In this document: positions 1 to 10,028 of the stretch, piece by piece | Layout: every line of letters starts with the position of its first letter | Position numbering within the stretch: position 1 is the stretch's first letter | Assembly: GCA_963764165.1 (NCBI GenBank) | Contig: CAVXRD010000002.1 | Location: 3,232,001-3,296,000 of the forward strand | DNA length: 64,000 nucleotides | DNA from: an uncultured Verrucomicrobiae bacterium | GTDB lineage: Bacteria > Verrucomicrobiota > Verrucomicrobiia > Limisphaerales > Palsa-1400 | Direction: 5' to 3' | Position numbers and translations under genes: made by a program | The notes under the pieces: model-generated | Databases searched by the model: none | What the model was told of the DNA's origin: nothing | What the model saw: only the letters and a program-made list of their open reading frames with translations

Positions 1-805
1 GATGACTTTTTCTCCGTCCATGCGATAAATCCCAGCCAAACAGCCATTTTCCTCAATCGGGCCGACGTGCAACACCCCGGCCACGGTGATGGGTTGATCC
101 ATCACAGGTTTGACTCCCTTCCCGTTGAGTTCAACGGTAATCCACTCGTTGACTTTGGGAGGCACGCCATAGCAGCACATGGATTGATTGCGCATGAGCA
201 AAAATTCGACCGCCAGGCTCCCATTCATTCGGTACTGGCAGGAGAAATCCCCGGATGACGACCTTTTTATCGCTGAGGGCCGACACTTTCGCCGGGATCT
301 GCGCATTTGCTTGCCTGTAGAGGGCCGCCGGGTCACCGGTTCCATCCGTCATCCCTTTGGTCATCACAAAACCGAAGCAGGCCAGGGTGTCAAAGGTCAC
401 ATCCATGTATCCCGGAACTTCCTGCACAGCGCTGGAAAGGCTGCTCACCGAAGGCAAATTTGTCTTGGCGAGATCGGCAGCCGATCCCTTCGTTCCCGAT
501 GGCATGGGGCCGGTCCAGTCGTTGGTCTGCGTCGACTCGATGAACTCGACCGCCACCATCCTTCTTTGGGTCGATGCGGGCTTTGGATGTTTTCGTTTCG
601 TTTGATTATCGGCGGCCTTATTGGATGGCGAAACGTTTTCATCAACAACGGGTGATTCAATCGGCTCGCCGCGAATTACTGATGCAGAGGCAGTTTCGGG
701 CGACTGCGGATTCCTCCCGCAGGATGTCACGGCGATCAGAGCCAGCACGGGCCAAAAATTGCGAAACGTCATCAACATCTCAGCAGTTTGACTATGCATT
801 CGCAA
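1..805 (-). pseudogene. DUF3299-like lipoprotein, +1 frameshift near 231; runs off window edge
   Basis: ORF 131-805 ends ...IRGFLLPV. The shifted frame continues RMNGSLAVEFLLMRNQSMCCYGVPPKVNEWI...GVLHVG...GIYRMDG, matching the paralogs at 7846 and 8431. Confidence 0.75.
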
Positions 806-945
806 CGGGTATTCACCTGGCCCTCACGGGCACAAGTTCCTCAAGACAGGCTCTACCGGGGGCTCTCGATCACCGTGCCGGGGACCGTCTGCCAATTGCG
901 AAGGAACTAATGGACCTGGCGGAGGATGGCGCAGCGGCTGCCTTT

Positions 946-988
946 AATGGAAATGATTTGCATTTCTTTATTGCAAACGGTTTGCGTT
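946..988. promoter_or_regulatory. Two tandem 9-1-9 Fur/Zur-type boxes
   Basis: AATGGAAAT-G-ATTTGCATT (946-964) and ATTGCAAAC-G-GTTTGCGTT (970-988) lie between divergent metal-related genes. Confidence 0.55.
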
Positions 989-1183
989 TATGAGAATCGT
1001 TGGCGCGTGAATTTGACTCGCGTTTCATTTTTGCAGGCACTGGTGGCATTCAGCGCTTTCCATGCCGGCTTTTTTGGCCCCGTCGCGGTGGGACACCGGA
1101 GGCGGGTGCTCTTGGGATTTGAGCTTGCCTGCCTGCGGCGCAACCGAAGGCAATTCATCGACGCTTAAGCGGAAAAAACCAAT

Positions 1184-2239
1184 TTGAATTCTGTGTCAAC
1201 ATCCAAGGGAATCGTGCCGACGAGGATTCTAGTGCTTTTGACCGGCTTTCTCGGCGCTGGCAAGACCACTTTTCTGAAGAATTTGACCGTCGAATTGCAG
1301 CGCCGCGGGCTTTTGCCGCATGTCATTTTGAACGATTACGAAAACGCAAGTGTGGACGCGACTTCTGTCCGGCAGGTTACCCGCGATGTGAAAACCGTTG
1401 GCGGCACTTGCGTCTGCTGCGAATCGCGGGATGCGCTTTTTGACAGTTTGGAAGGGCAGCCTGCCGGGATGCGTGACGTCGTCCTGGTGGAAACCAACGG
1501 CACCACCGATCCGCTGGCCTTGTTGGATAATCTGGCGTGTGACCCGCGCACCCGTTCTTTTCGCGTGAAGCAAATCGCGCTGGCCAATGCGCAACGCTGG
1601 GGCAAACGGAGGAGCCACCAGTCGCTGGAACGGCAGCAAGTGCTCACGGCAAGCCATCTTTTTATTTCGTATCGCGACGTTGCGCAGCCAGGAGATTTTG
1701 AGGAAACTCTGGCCGCCATTCAGAAAATAAATCCGCGCGTGGCACTCACGGATCCAACGGCCTTTGCCGCTGAAATTGAAAGAGCGTTAAGCTGCCAGGA
1801 GACTCAAATATCGCCGACTCTGGGTCCGTCCGCCTCGAACCGCAATTCCGCGCCACCCATATTCGGATTCAAAATGATTCCGTTCGCAAAATTTTCACAT
1901 AATCAGGCGCACGCATTTTGCTCGGCGCAAGTTGACATTCCGCCGCTGGTTGAAGAAGCGGCCGTGGCTGCCTGGCTGGATTCGCTGCCGCCAGAAGTAT
2001 TGCGCGTCAAGGGTGTGACGCAACTTCCGTCAGCGCCCGGCCAGGTTTTATGTTTTCAAAAAGTCGAGGACAAGGCCCAGATGAAGCTGTTTCCGCTGCC
2101 GGAAGGTTTTGAGTGGAGTCCCAGGGCAGTGTTGATCGGCTCCTGGCTGCCGACGGAAGATTTTCAAGCTCATGCGGACACACATTTGCCCCTGGCGCTG
2201 CGAACGGGCAACGCGTTGACCTCCTTCATGCCTAACTAA
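1184..2239 (+). CDS. COG0523/CobW-family metallochaperone GTPase
   Basis: GFLGAGKTT Walker A, CVCC (CxCC) metal motif, ETNG Walker B region, C-terminal LRVKG. Confidence 0.9.
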   Translation: MNSVSTSKGIVPTRILVLLTGFLGAGKTTFLKNLTVELQRRGLLPHVILNDYENASVDATSVRQVTRDVKTVGGTCVCCESRDALFDSLEGQPAGMRDVVLVETNGTTDPLALLDNLACDPRTRSFRVKQIALANAQRWGKRRSHQSLERQQVLTASHLFISYRDVAQPGDFEETLAAIQKINPRVALTDPTAFAAEIERALSCQETQISPTLGPSASNRNSAPPIFGFKMIPFAKFSHNQAHAFCSAQVDIPPLVEEAAVAAWLDSLPPEVLRVKGVTQLPSAPGQVLCFQKVEDKAQMKLFPLPEGFEWSPRAVLIGSWLPTEDFQAHADTHLPLALRTGNALTSFMPN

Positions 2240-2257
2240 TGATGTCCGGCGCATAAT

Positions 2258-2710
2258 TTGAACCCACTTCGACAAATCAATGTCATGATGGCTGTCTCCT
2301 GGGTCAGCTTGATCGTGTGCTTGCCGGTGTATCTTTATATCTCTCACTCGGCCTTGGGCACCGTTCTCATCGGCGACGAGAAAACCGATGCCCAAAACGT
2401 CCGCGAGATTGCGCTCAATGTCGACGTGCACGCCCTGCAGGAGCAAGCCGCCTTTCTGGTCCGGGAGGGGCACGCCAAAAGCAAATTGTCCATGTTTTTG
2501 TGCAATCTTGCGCTGATCGGGTTATTCGTCGCCATGGCTTGCTCCACCGTCGTCATCCTTCAAATTCGCAAATTAAAGAAGCATACGAATTCCGCCCAAG
2601 CCATTCCGACAGCCTGCCCTATCACGTTGCTCCAATTTGAAACGAAGCGCTCCATGAACGATGCAAGCTCGTTAAACTCAGGTGTATTGCCCGGCGCGGA
2701 ACAGAAATGA
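2258..2710 (+). CDS. Hypothetical membrane protein
   Basis: Two hydrophobic segments; operonic, overlaps the next start. Confidence 0.5.
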   Translation: MNPLRQINVMMAVSWVSLIVCLPVYLYISHSALGTVLIGDEKTDAQNVREIALNVDVHALQEQAAFLVREGHAKSKLSMFLCNLALIGLFVAMACSTVVILQIRKLKKHTNSAQAIPTACPITLLQFETKRSMNDASSLNSGVLPGAEQK

Positions 2711-3159
2711 AATTTGATGCTTCTGACTCGAGCGCCCCATCGCTGCTGAACCGCGCCGACCGAATCGGCTCAGTGCTGTCATCGGCGTGCGCGATCCATT
2801 GCATGTGCATGCCCGCGCTCATAGGTTTGCTGCCGGTGATTGGATTATCCTTTCTCGGCAGCCATAAGTTCGAGCAGCTTGCGTGCGTCTCCATGGTCTT
2901 GCTCGCCGCTGCGTGTGTATGGTCAGGCTGCCGCGTCCATCGGCGCTGGGGACTGCTCGTGCTTTTGTGCGCGGGCGCGGCGGTCGTGCTTTACACTCAG
3001 TTTGGCGGACCTTTGGAAGAAACTGAATCCCGGACCGATTGGCACGAAGCCATAGCGATGTTCGTTGGCGGCGCGCTGATTGCCACATCTCATTTGATAA
3101 ACCTTAAGTTGCGCGCCCGCTGCCACTGCGCACATTGTGAAGAGACTTTCAAACAATAA
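2707..3159 (+). CDS. MerC-domain membrane protein
   Basis: DRIG..LS..CAIHC..P motif, four TM segments, C-terminal CHCAHC. Confidence 0.85.
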   Translation: MKFDASDSSAPSLLNRADRIGSVLSSACAIHCMCMPALIGLLPVIGLSFLGSHKFEQLACVSMVLLAAACVWSGCRVHRRWGLLVLLCAGAAVVLYTQFGGPLEETESRTDWHEAIAMFVGGALIATSHLINLKLRARCHCAHCEETFKQ

Positions 3160-3241
3160 AATTCGCGGGCGCGCGAAGGTGTTGAAGCGCGCATTCATTT
3201 AGATGTTCTGGGAGGCTTCCAAGCAACCCACACCCACCCCT

Positions 3242-4675
3242 TTAATGTCCGGTGTTCCAGTCCGTGAACGGGTCCCAAGGTGGCAGCAATAATGTTTTCT
3301 GCTTGCTTGCCGCCAGCAGTCCCTCCGGCACAAAGCGGCGGTCGATGATGACTTGAAAGACGTGCCGGTCAAACCAGCCGCTGTCGATGGTGAACCACCC
3401 CTTGTCGCCAGCCTTTTCCCCCCAGGAATTTTCCACCTTCCACTTGACAGGCCTGCCCTTCTGCACGTCCACCCCCGTAATGACCATGGCGTGGTCGGGA
3501 GTGCCGTCGTCGTATGCCAGCGTGTCCGACTTGCTCATCGTAAAATCCATGCCGAACAGATCCTGCTTGTCCTGGATGCCCTGGAGCCAAAGGCCCTTCT
3601 TTTTGTCGCCTTCCGCGCCGGAGTTGGCCCCAAACCAAACCGGCTGATCGGCCAGAATGGATTTGAGTGTCATGTCCACCATTTCCTCCATGGAAATATT
3701 GACTGCCTCCATATTTGTCTGGTCGGCCATGTTCCGTTCCCAAGCCCATTCCAGGTGGGCATGCAAGGGCTGGCTTGGGTAATTCACAAAGCTCGCGTAG
3801 CGGCTCAAATCGGTGTCCAGGAATTTCCGGCGGAACGATTGCGGCGTGTAGCTCTCGAGCTCGGTAACTTTGCCGTCCTTGTTTTCGTAGCGCCATTCGA
3901 AGCTTTCCGGCGGTTGTCCCAGGCAGAGCACCAGGATTTTGTAAACATCCTTTAGCGCCCCCATTTTCCAATCACGCAGATCGTGTTCCTGGGCGCCCGC
4001 GAATCTCGGCTGGCGAAGCTCAACCACCGCCTTGCGCAGGCGAGTGGACAGCAGCGCGACCATCTCGTCTGTGTGAGACGCCGCGTAGTCGTCCGGCATG
4101 ATAGATTCGGGCACCGCTCCATATTTCCCGATCAAAGCTCGCACGTAGTTCCAATTGCCGCCATCACTGATCAGGTGCTGAAGAAACGTGTCCATGCGGC
4201 GGCTGTGAATTTCCTCATGACGCAAGGCAATCGCTAGATCAAGCGAGCGGTTGGCTGATTCCAGCTTTTGATAAAATTGCTCATAAGCCTGCGAGAGCAT
4301 GAAATCCTTCATCTTCTCTTTGGCGATCACTCCCGGCCGCAGCATGTTCAACCCGGCGAACAGCCAGCAGCGCCCCGATTTGTCCTGGTCCGCGATCGAC
4401 CCGGCCTCCTTGATTTCGTGGTTGAACAGAGAGTCGGTCCGATTTTCCACGTCTGGATTGACAACAAGGGAATAGACGCTATTGCTCGCCAGCGCATCCC
4501 GGACGGCCCGCATTTGAGGTGTCATGGGAACCGCGTCTGCGAGTGTCTTCAGCATCTCGGGCGAGAGCGCCGCCGCGGCTGACGGGGCGTCCCCGGTTGC
4601 AGGTTCGTATTGCGCCAGCACGGGAATGGAGGCCAAAAATCCGCAAACCAAAAGAGACTTAACAAGTGTTTTCAT
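3242..4675 (-). CDS. Secreted C1B cysteine aminopeptidase (PepC/bleomycin hydrolase family)
   Basis: QDKSGRCWLFA, HAMVITG and WKVENSWG catalytic motifs; signal peptide. Confidence 0.92.
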   Translation of the reverse strand: MKTLVKSLLVCGFLASIPVLAQYEPATGDAPSAAAALSPEMLKTLADAVPMTPQMRAVRDALASNSVYSLVVNPDVENRTDSLFNHEIKEAGSIADQDKSGRCWLFAGLNMLRPGVIAKEKMKDFMLSQAYEQFYQKLESANRSLDLAIALRHEEIHSRRMDTFLQHLISDGGNWNYVRALIGKYGAVPESIMPDDYAASHTDEMVALLSTRLRKAVVELRQPRFAGAQEHDLRDWKMGALKDVYKILVLCLGQPPESFEWRYENKDGKVTELESYTPQSFRRKFLDTDLSRYASFVNYPSQPLHAHLEWAWERNMADQTNMEAVNISMEEMVDMTLKSILADQPVWFGANSGAEGDKKKGLWLQGIQDKQDLFGMDFTMSKSDTLAYDDGTPDHAMVITGVDVQKGRPVKWKVENSWGEKAGDKGWFTIDSGWFDRHVFQVIIDRRFVPEGLLAASKQKTLLLPPWDPFTDWNTGH

Positions 4676-4931
4676 CGCTTATCAAACGCGTCGGCAAACT
4701 TGCGCCATAGATTACTCTGTGTCAATTCTGGCCTAAAAGGCGAAGACTAACACCTTGGCATTCCGCTCCCGGTCTGCGCGCGAAGTCGCGGGCTGTCAAC
4801 AAGACGGACTTGAGGTTTGCTGTTTCAAGCGAAACGGGGCGCCCTTGGAAAAGTATCCGTAACTCCGCCTGTGCGAGGTCAATTTTTCAAAATTGAATTT
4901 ACTCGTTGCATTTCAAAGCGCGTTCTTGTTA

Positions 4932-4950
4932 AATGCAAATGGATTGTGAT
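4932..4950. promoter_or_regulatory. Candidate Fur/Zur-type box
   Basis: AATGCAAATGGATTGTGAT, 14/19 identical to the box at 970-988; heads the ABC/DUF3299 operon. Confidence 0.4.
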
Positions 4951-5275
4951 AGCCACGACGATTCAAGCTCTGCGAAAGCCGGTAGCGAGGTGGATATGTT
5001 CCACCATGATGCTGGTCGTTGTTGTGTTCTGCGGCATCGCTTCGAGCAGCCAATCTCTGCACCGGTTTATTCACCCCGATGCCAACTCCCCGGTTCATGA
5101 GTGCGGCATCACACTGTTCAGTCACGGCATGGTCGACGCCACGGCAGGAACGCCGGAGCTTGCGGTGCCCATCTTTCAGCAGTTCACTCTCTGCACTTTC
5201 TTTAGCGAGATCGCTTTCTACCCAGCGGACTATGTCTTGCTGCCCGGTCGCGCCCCTCCCATAGCTGCTGCCTAA
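4946..5275 (+). CDS. DUF2946-like leader protein ending in RAPP
   Basis: N-terminal TM segment, LHRFIH...HEC His/Cys cluster, PGRAPP (RAPP codons 5249-5260) five codons before the stop. Start uncertain. Confidence 0.65.
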   Translation: MIATTIQALRKPVARWICSTMMLVVVVFCGIASSSQSLHRFIHPDANSPVHECGITLFSHGMVDATAGTPELAVPIFQQFTLCTFFSEIAFYPADYVLLPGRAPPIAAA

Positions 5276-5428
5276 TCCCGGATTTCTCCGGGTTCATTCC
5301 GTTGGTTTCAATTCGCCATCGCGCATCGCTCTGGCCCTTTGATTCCGGTTATTCCCTGTAGATCATTTTTCGTAGAGCCGTACTTGGCTGCTCTTGAGGC
5401 AGCGGGAGCACGGCCGGGCAGCAATTAA

Positions 5429-6136
5429 ATGAAAGAATCACAAGAAACGCTCCTGCAAATAGCGGGATTGCAGAAAACGTTTGCGGCGCCTGACGGCGAA
5501 CGGCACCGCATTGTCGACATCGAGGAATTCTCTCTTGGCAATGGCGAGCAAGTAGCGCTTGCGGGAGAAAGCGGCTCGGGCAAGACGACATTTCTGCATT
5601 TGATAGCCGGGATACTAAAGCCAGACTCCGGAAGTATTCGACTGGCTGGCCGAGAGATGTCGACATTAAGCGAGGCGCAGCGAGATCGGCTTCGGGCCAC
5701 GACCATCGGTTACATATTTCAAACATTCAACTTGCTCCAAGGCTATACGTGTTTGGAAAATGTTTTGCTGGGTATGTCATTCGGACCTGGCGCGGACCGC
5801 GCCTTCGCGGCAGAACTGCTGAATCGCGTGGGTCTGGGAAATCGGCTTCGCCATTATCCCCGGCAGTTGTCCACAGGGCAGCAGCAAAGGGTCGCTGTGG
5901 CGCGAGCGCTGGCCAATCGCCCCAAACTCGCGCTGGCCGACGAACCCACGGGCAATCTCGATCACAAGAATGCGCGCGAGGCCCTGGCTCTGATCCGGGC
6001 CGTTTGCAAGGAAAATGGGGCCGCCCTTCTTTTGGTAAGCCACGACCGCGACGTCTTGAGCCAATTCGAGACCGTCAAATCACTGGAACAAATCAATCGC
6101 GCCGCACAAACGAAGGGGGGGGGACAAAAAGTATGA
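5429..6136 (+). CDS. ABC transporter ATP-binding protein (LolD/ZrgB-like)
   Basis: GESGSGKT, LSTGQQQRVA, LADEPTGNLD, SHD switch. Confidence 0.93.
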   Translation: MKESQETLLQIAGLQKTFAAPDGERHRIVDIEEFSLGNGEQVALAGESGSGKTTFLHLIAGILKPDSGSIRLAGREMSTLSEAQRDRLRATTIGYIFQTFNLLQGYTCLENVLLGMSFGPGADRAFAAELLNRVGLGNRLRHYPRQLSTGQQQRVAVARALANRPKLALADEPTGNLDHKNAREALALIRAVCKENGAALLLVSHDRDVLSQFETVKSLEQINRAAQTKGGGQKV

Positions 6137-7341
6137 CACTTTGGCTCATTGTTTTTCGCAGTTTGCGCCAGCACGCGCTGTCCACCTTGATTACGGCGTT
6201 CTCGATATCGCTGGCCGGAGGACTGCTCATGTCGGTATGGACGGTGAAGGACCAGGCGCGCGCCACTTTTACAGGGATTAACGGCGGTTTCGACGCCGTT
6301 TTGGGAGCGCGCGGGTCAAAATTACAGCTTGTTTTGAACTCGATATTTCATTTGGAAGCTTCGCCCGGAAACGTGACCGCGCCGGATTATTTGGACATTA
6401 AGAAAAATCCGAATGTGGCCTTGGCGATACCCATTGCCGTGGGTGACAACTACAAAGGCTATCGGCTGGTTGGGACTATACCGGAGATGTTCGAGAAAGT
6501 GGAATACGCTCCCGGCAGGCATTATGAAGTCGAACCGGGGGGGCATCTGTTTGATCCGACGCGGCGAGAAGCGGTGGCCGGAAGTTTTGTGGCGCAGAAA
6601 ATGGGCCTGAAAGTGGGTGACACATTTCATCCCTACCACGGCCTGATATTCAACGAGCGCGACCAGCACGCGGAAACATACGTGGTCGTGGGCATCTTGA
6701 AGCCATCGAATACGCCAAGCGACCGTGTGATTTGGATTCCGCTCGAAGGAATTCAAAAAATGAAGGGCCACGATCCAAAAGCTGCAACGGACGTAAGCGC
6801 GGAATTGGTGAAGCTCAAGGGCGAAGGCGCAGTCGGTTTTCGAATGGATATGATGTACAACAAGCAGGGCAATCGTTTAACTTTCGCATGGCCGATTGCC
6901 AGCACCATTGCGGAATTGTTCGATAAAATCGGATGGTTTGACAAAGTGCTGCAAATCGTAGCCTACCTAGTCGCCCTGGTTGCCACCGCGTCAATTCTAG
7001 CCAGCATCTACAATTCAATGAACGAACGTCGCCGCGAAATTGCCATTCTTCGCGCCTTGGGAGCGCGGCGGCACACGATTTTTAGCGCCATTCTGCTGGA
7101 ATCGGCCGCTATTTCTACTTTGGGAATGGCCGTGGGCTTTGTGGTTTATCTGGGCATCATGTCGGCAGCGGCCAAAATCATTCGCACGCAAACCGGCATT
7201 GTTCTGGACCCTTGGCAATTCAATACCGTGATGCTGTGGGCTCCCGCGGTTCTTATCGGCCTTGGGGCACTGGCGGGAATCGTTCCGGCCACAAAAGCGT
7301 ATCAAACCGATGTAGCCACTCACCTCGCGCCAACGTCATGA
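6133..7341 (+). CDS. ABC transporter permease (FtsX/MacB-like, ZrgC-like)
   Basis: ERRREIAILRALGA motif; DAVLGARGSKLQLVLNSIFH; ATG overlaps the ATPase stop. Confidence 0.9.
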   Translation: MTLWLIVFRSLRQHALSTLITAFSISLAGGLLMSVWTVKDQARATFTGINGGFDAVLGARGSKLQLVLNSIFHLEASPGNVTAPDYLDIKKNPNVALAIPIAVGDNYKGYRLVGTIPEMFEKVEYAPGRHYEVEPGGHLFDPTRREAVAGSFVAQKMGLKVGDTFHPYHGLIFNERDQHAETYVVVGILKPSNTPSDRVIWIPLEGIQKMKGHDPKAATDVSAELVKLKGEGAVGFRMDMMYNKQGNRLTFAWPIASTIAELFDKIGWFDKVLQIVAYLVALVATASILASIYNSMNERRREIAILRALGARRHTIFSAILLESAAISTLGMAVGFVVYLGIMSAAAKIIRTQTGIVLDPWQFNTVMLWAPAVLIGLGALAGIVPATKAYQTDVATHLAPTS

Positions 7342-7823
7342 AAGCGCTTTTATCCATTATTGCTTTGGGAGCCGCAGCATTCATTGCCGGGTGCGGCGAA
7401 CATAAAGAAGCGACCTCCGCCAACGCCGCGCCGCATCTGCATGTGGACGTGCCGCCTCATGGTGGGACGCCTGTGCCGCTGGAAGACGATTATCAGATCG
7501 AATTGGTCTTGGACCCGTCGCTCCGGACGCTCAATGCCTACTTTCTGGATGGCGAGATGGAGAATTTCGTGCGCATAGCCCCGCCTTCCTTTGATCTCAA
7601 AGTGACGCTGACAAATCGGCAGGAAGTTCTTCATTTCTCGGCTGTTCCCAATTCCGCCACTGGGGAAAAGGTGGGTAGCACATCGTTGTTTGAGGCCAAA
7701 GCCGACTGGTTGACAACCAATGTGACCTTTAACGCCGTTTTGCCGGAAATAAATGTGGAGGGGACTGTCTATACCAACGTTGCCTTCAATTTTCCCAAAG
7801 GGGTCGAGGAACAAACAAAATAG
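7338..7823 (+). CDS. Lipoprotein with His motifs, probable metal binding
   Basis: IAGC lipobox; HLH..PPHGG. Confidence 0.7.
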   Translation: MKALLSIIALGAAAFIAGCGEHKEATSANAAPHLHVDVPPHGGTPVPLEDDYQIELVLDPSLRTLNAYFLDGEMENFVRIAPPSFDLKVTLTNRQEVLHFSAVPNSATGEKVGSTSLFEAKADWLTTNVTFNAVLPEINVEGTVYTNVAFNFPKGVEEQTK

Positions 7824-7845
7824 AAACTAACAAAAGGATATCAAA

Positions 7846-8424
7846 ATGATACGAATGCGAACTGCGATAGTTCTGGCGGCTGCAACGGCGCTCGGCGCTT
7901 GGAATGCGTCAACCGGATTGGCTCAGGCTGTCAAAGGAGAAGCGGGCCTTCCGGCGTCGAGTCAGGGTGTTTCGCCGCCAGGCTTGACCAACCCGCCGTC
8001 CGCCAAAGCTGAAAAAACGATCGACGCCGATTTTGATTTGCTCGCCGCGTTTTCCTTTGACCTGCCCGACAGTCCGATCACCAATGACGTCTTAAAGGCG
8101 AGCATCGAAAAACATATCCCGGACTCCATCAAAAAACTGGACGGCAAGATGGTTAAGGTGACTGGGTTTATGATGGCTACCAAAGAGGACGCTGGAAGGG
8201 TCACCCAGTTTTTGGTCACGCGCAACCAGCCTTCTTGCTGCTACAGCGGCGCCACCGCGCTTAACGAGTTTGTTGACGTCAAGATGGCCGGAAAAGGAGT
8301 CCATGAATCCAGGGACGAGCCAATCGCCGTTGAAGGGAAATTGCACGTTGGACTTGTCATCGACGGGGGCTATGTCTCCGGCGTGTATACCATGGAAGGA
8401 CTGAGGCTGGTGCCGGTGCAGTAA
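7846..8424 (+). CDS. DUF3299-like exported protein
   Basis: KLDGKMVKVTGFM, SCCY, GKLHVG, GVYTM. Confidence 0.8.
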   Translation: MIRMRTAIVLAAATALGAWNASTGLAQAVKGEAGLPASSQGVSPPGLTNPPSAKAEKTIDADFDLLAAFSFDLPDSPITNDVLKASIEKHIPDSIKKLDGKMVKVTGFMMATKEDAGRVTQFLVTRNQPSCCYSGATALNEFVDVKMAGKGVHESRDEPIAVEGKLHVGLVIDGGYVSGVYTMEGLRLVPVQ

Positions 8425-8430
8425 ATTGGG

Positions 8431-9105
8431 TTGCGTGGAAAAGGCACGATGAAAGGCCAGAGAAAAATGCGCCTGCGCCAGTTGGAGTCGCGCGAGAATT
8501 GTTTCGGCGTCGCGAAGGTAATTCTAATTGTCGCCGGTGTTTCTGCGTTTGCTTGGTGCATAGTTACAACCCCCATGCCGGTGTCTCCTGCGCGAATGGT
8601 GGCGGCCCAACGCGCCAGAACATGCACCCGTTCGGTTGGCAAGGTTTCAGAAGCGGGAAAAGAACCGAAAACCCGAGTCGTCTATCCGCCATACCTCACG
8701 GTGTCCTTTTCCGAACTCTCGTCGTATCCGTTCACAGTCACCGATATGATGACAAATTCAAACCCGGCGTCTGCGGCGGTGCTGGACCAGATTCCAGAAC
8801 GAATCCGCGGCATGTCGCGCCAAAAGGTGGCGGTCACAGGGTTCATGCTGCCAGTGCAATTAAAGGGAAACCTCGCAACAGAATTTCTAATACTGGCGAA
8901 CCGCTCCGCCTGCTGTTACGGCATTGCGCCCGACATCAATCAATGGATCATCGCCCGCGCAAAAAACGGAGGCGTCCAACCTTTGATGGATGTGCCGGTC
9001 ACGGCGTTGGGAACATTTCACGTCGGCGAGCAGCGTGAGAATGGGGAGTTGGCTGGGATATATGAACTTGACTGCGACAAAATCATCGCCGGCGATCAAT
9101 TCTAA
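8431..9105 (+). CDS. DUF3299-like protein
   Basis: KVAVTGFMLP, ACCYG..P..NQWI, GTFHVG, GIYEL. Start uncertain. Confidence 0.8.
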   Translation: MRGKGTMKGQRKMRLRQLESRENCFGVAKVILIVAGVSAFAWCIVTTPMPVSPARMVAAQRARTCTRSVGKVSEAGKEPKTRVVYPPYLTVSFSELSSYPFTVTDMMTNSNPASAAVLDQIPERIRGMSRQKVAVTGFMLPVQLKGNLATEFLILANRSACCYGIAPDINQWIIARAKNGGVQPLMDVPVTALGTFHVGEQRENGELAGIYELDCDKIIAGDQF

Positions 9106-9292
9106 TGGCTGCCCAAACTCGAGCAAGAATCCAGTATCCGACCGCCGTCTGGTTCGAGGTCGGGTCTGCGGGACTGTTCGGAAGCCGTGGATGCGGGGGC
9201 TTCCCAACCGTCGCATCAATGAGACGCAATTCAAGCTGCCGGAAACCAAAGCTCTGCGCGTCCGCGCGAAGCGAATGAATCAGGAACCAACA

Positions 9293-9751
9293 TCAACTGC
9301 ACTTGGCGCAGCGGCCTTCGATTTGCAAAAAATGGCTCTCCACGCTTGCATTGAGGTGCTTTCTGACAAATTTGGCCACCTCTTCAATCAAACACAACTT
9401 GACCTCGTCGACCTTGCCGCATTGCCGGCAAATGAAATGGTGATGATGGCCCGCTTCGATGTCGCGGCAGATGAAGTACCTCAACTCCCGCTCGTCATTT
9501 GCGGCAGTCAAGAGGATCCCGCAATGGGCCAGATTCTCAAGGATTCTATAAACTGTGGGGAGCCCGAGGCCCTTGAATTTCCGCTGCAACTTGGCCTGAA
9601 CCTCAAACGGGTCGAGAATAGTTCCGCGCTCGAGAAACAATTCGAGCACGGCCCGCACTTTGGGAGTGACCCGGTTGCCCCGCCTCTTCAGGCGGGCGAG
9701 ATAAATGTCGATGCTCAGATGGATCTTTTTCACGCTGTTCCCATGGTGCAT
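9293..9751 (-). CDS. Fur-family regulator (Zur-like)
   Basis: RVTPKVRAVL, TVYRIL, HHHHFICRQCG, C-terminal CAKC. Confidence 0.9.
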   Translation of the reverse strand: MHHGNSVKKIHLSIDIYLARLKRRGNRVTPKVRAVLELFLERGTILDPFEVQAKLQRKFKGLGLPTVYRILENLAHCGILLTAANDERELRYFICRDIEAGHHHHFICRQCGKVDEVKLCLIEEVAKFVRKHLNASVESHFLQIEGRCAKCS

Positions 9752-10028
9752 TCGGCTGCCGGCGAAGGCAAACCTGATCTCCCCGCCACCCCGTCGATGG
9801 ATTCTGCCGCCATTTGGCCGAACGAGACAGTGCATCGAAGCGTTGGCGCTGTTGCCCTTTTTACCGCTGATGTTCAATTGCTGGCCGTCCGCGGACCTCC
9901 GCTATTCCGCTCCGCTAGCCGAATATTCGATTGACCTTTGGTTGGCCCGACGCGGTGTCGCGGTCAACGGACCGAAGAAAAAAACGTTTGTTCCAGAGAA
10001 ATTCACTTAGAAATCCGAATTGTAATTT

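Noticed and set aside
812..900. RAPG motif or riboswitch upstream of the DUF3299-like gene (- strand)
   Set aside because: A stop codon lies two codons before RAPG, and no known aptamer consensus matches.
8990..9718. 314-aa + strand ORF
   Set aside because: Mostly antisense to the well-supported fur gene; only the RGPP tail is kept as a weak finding.
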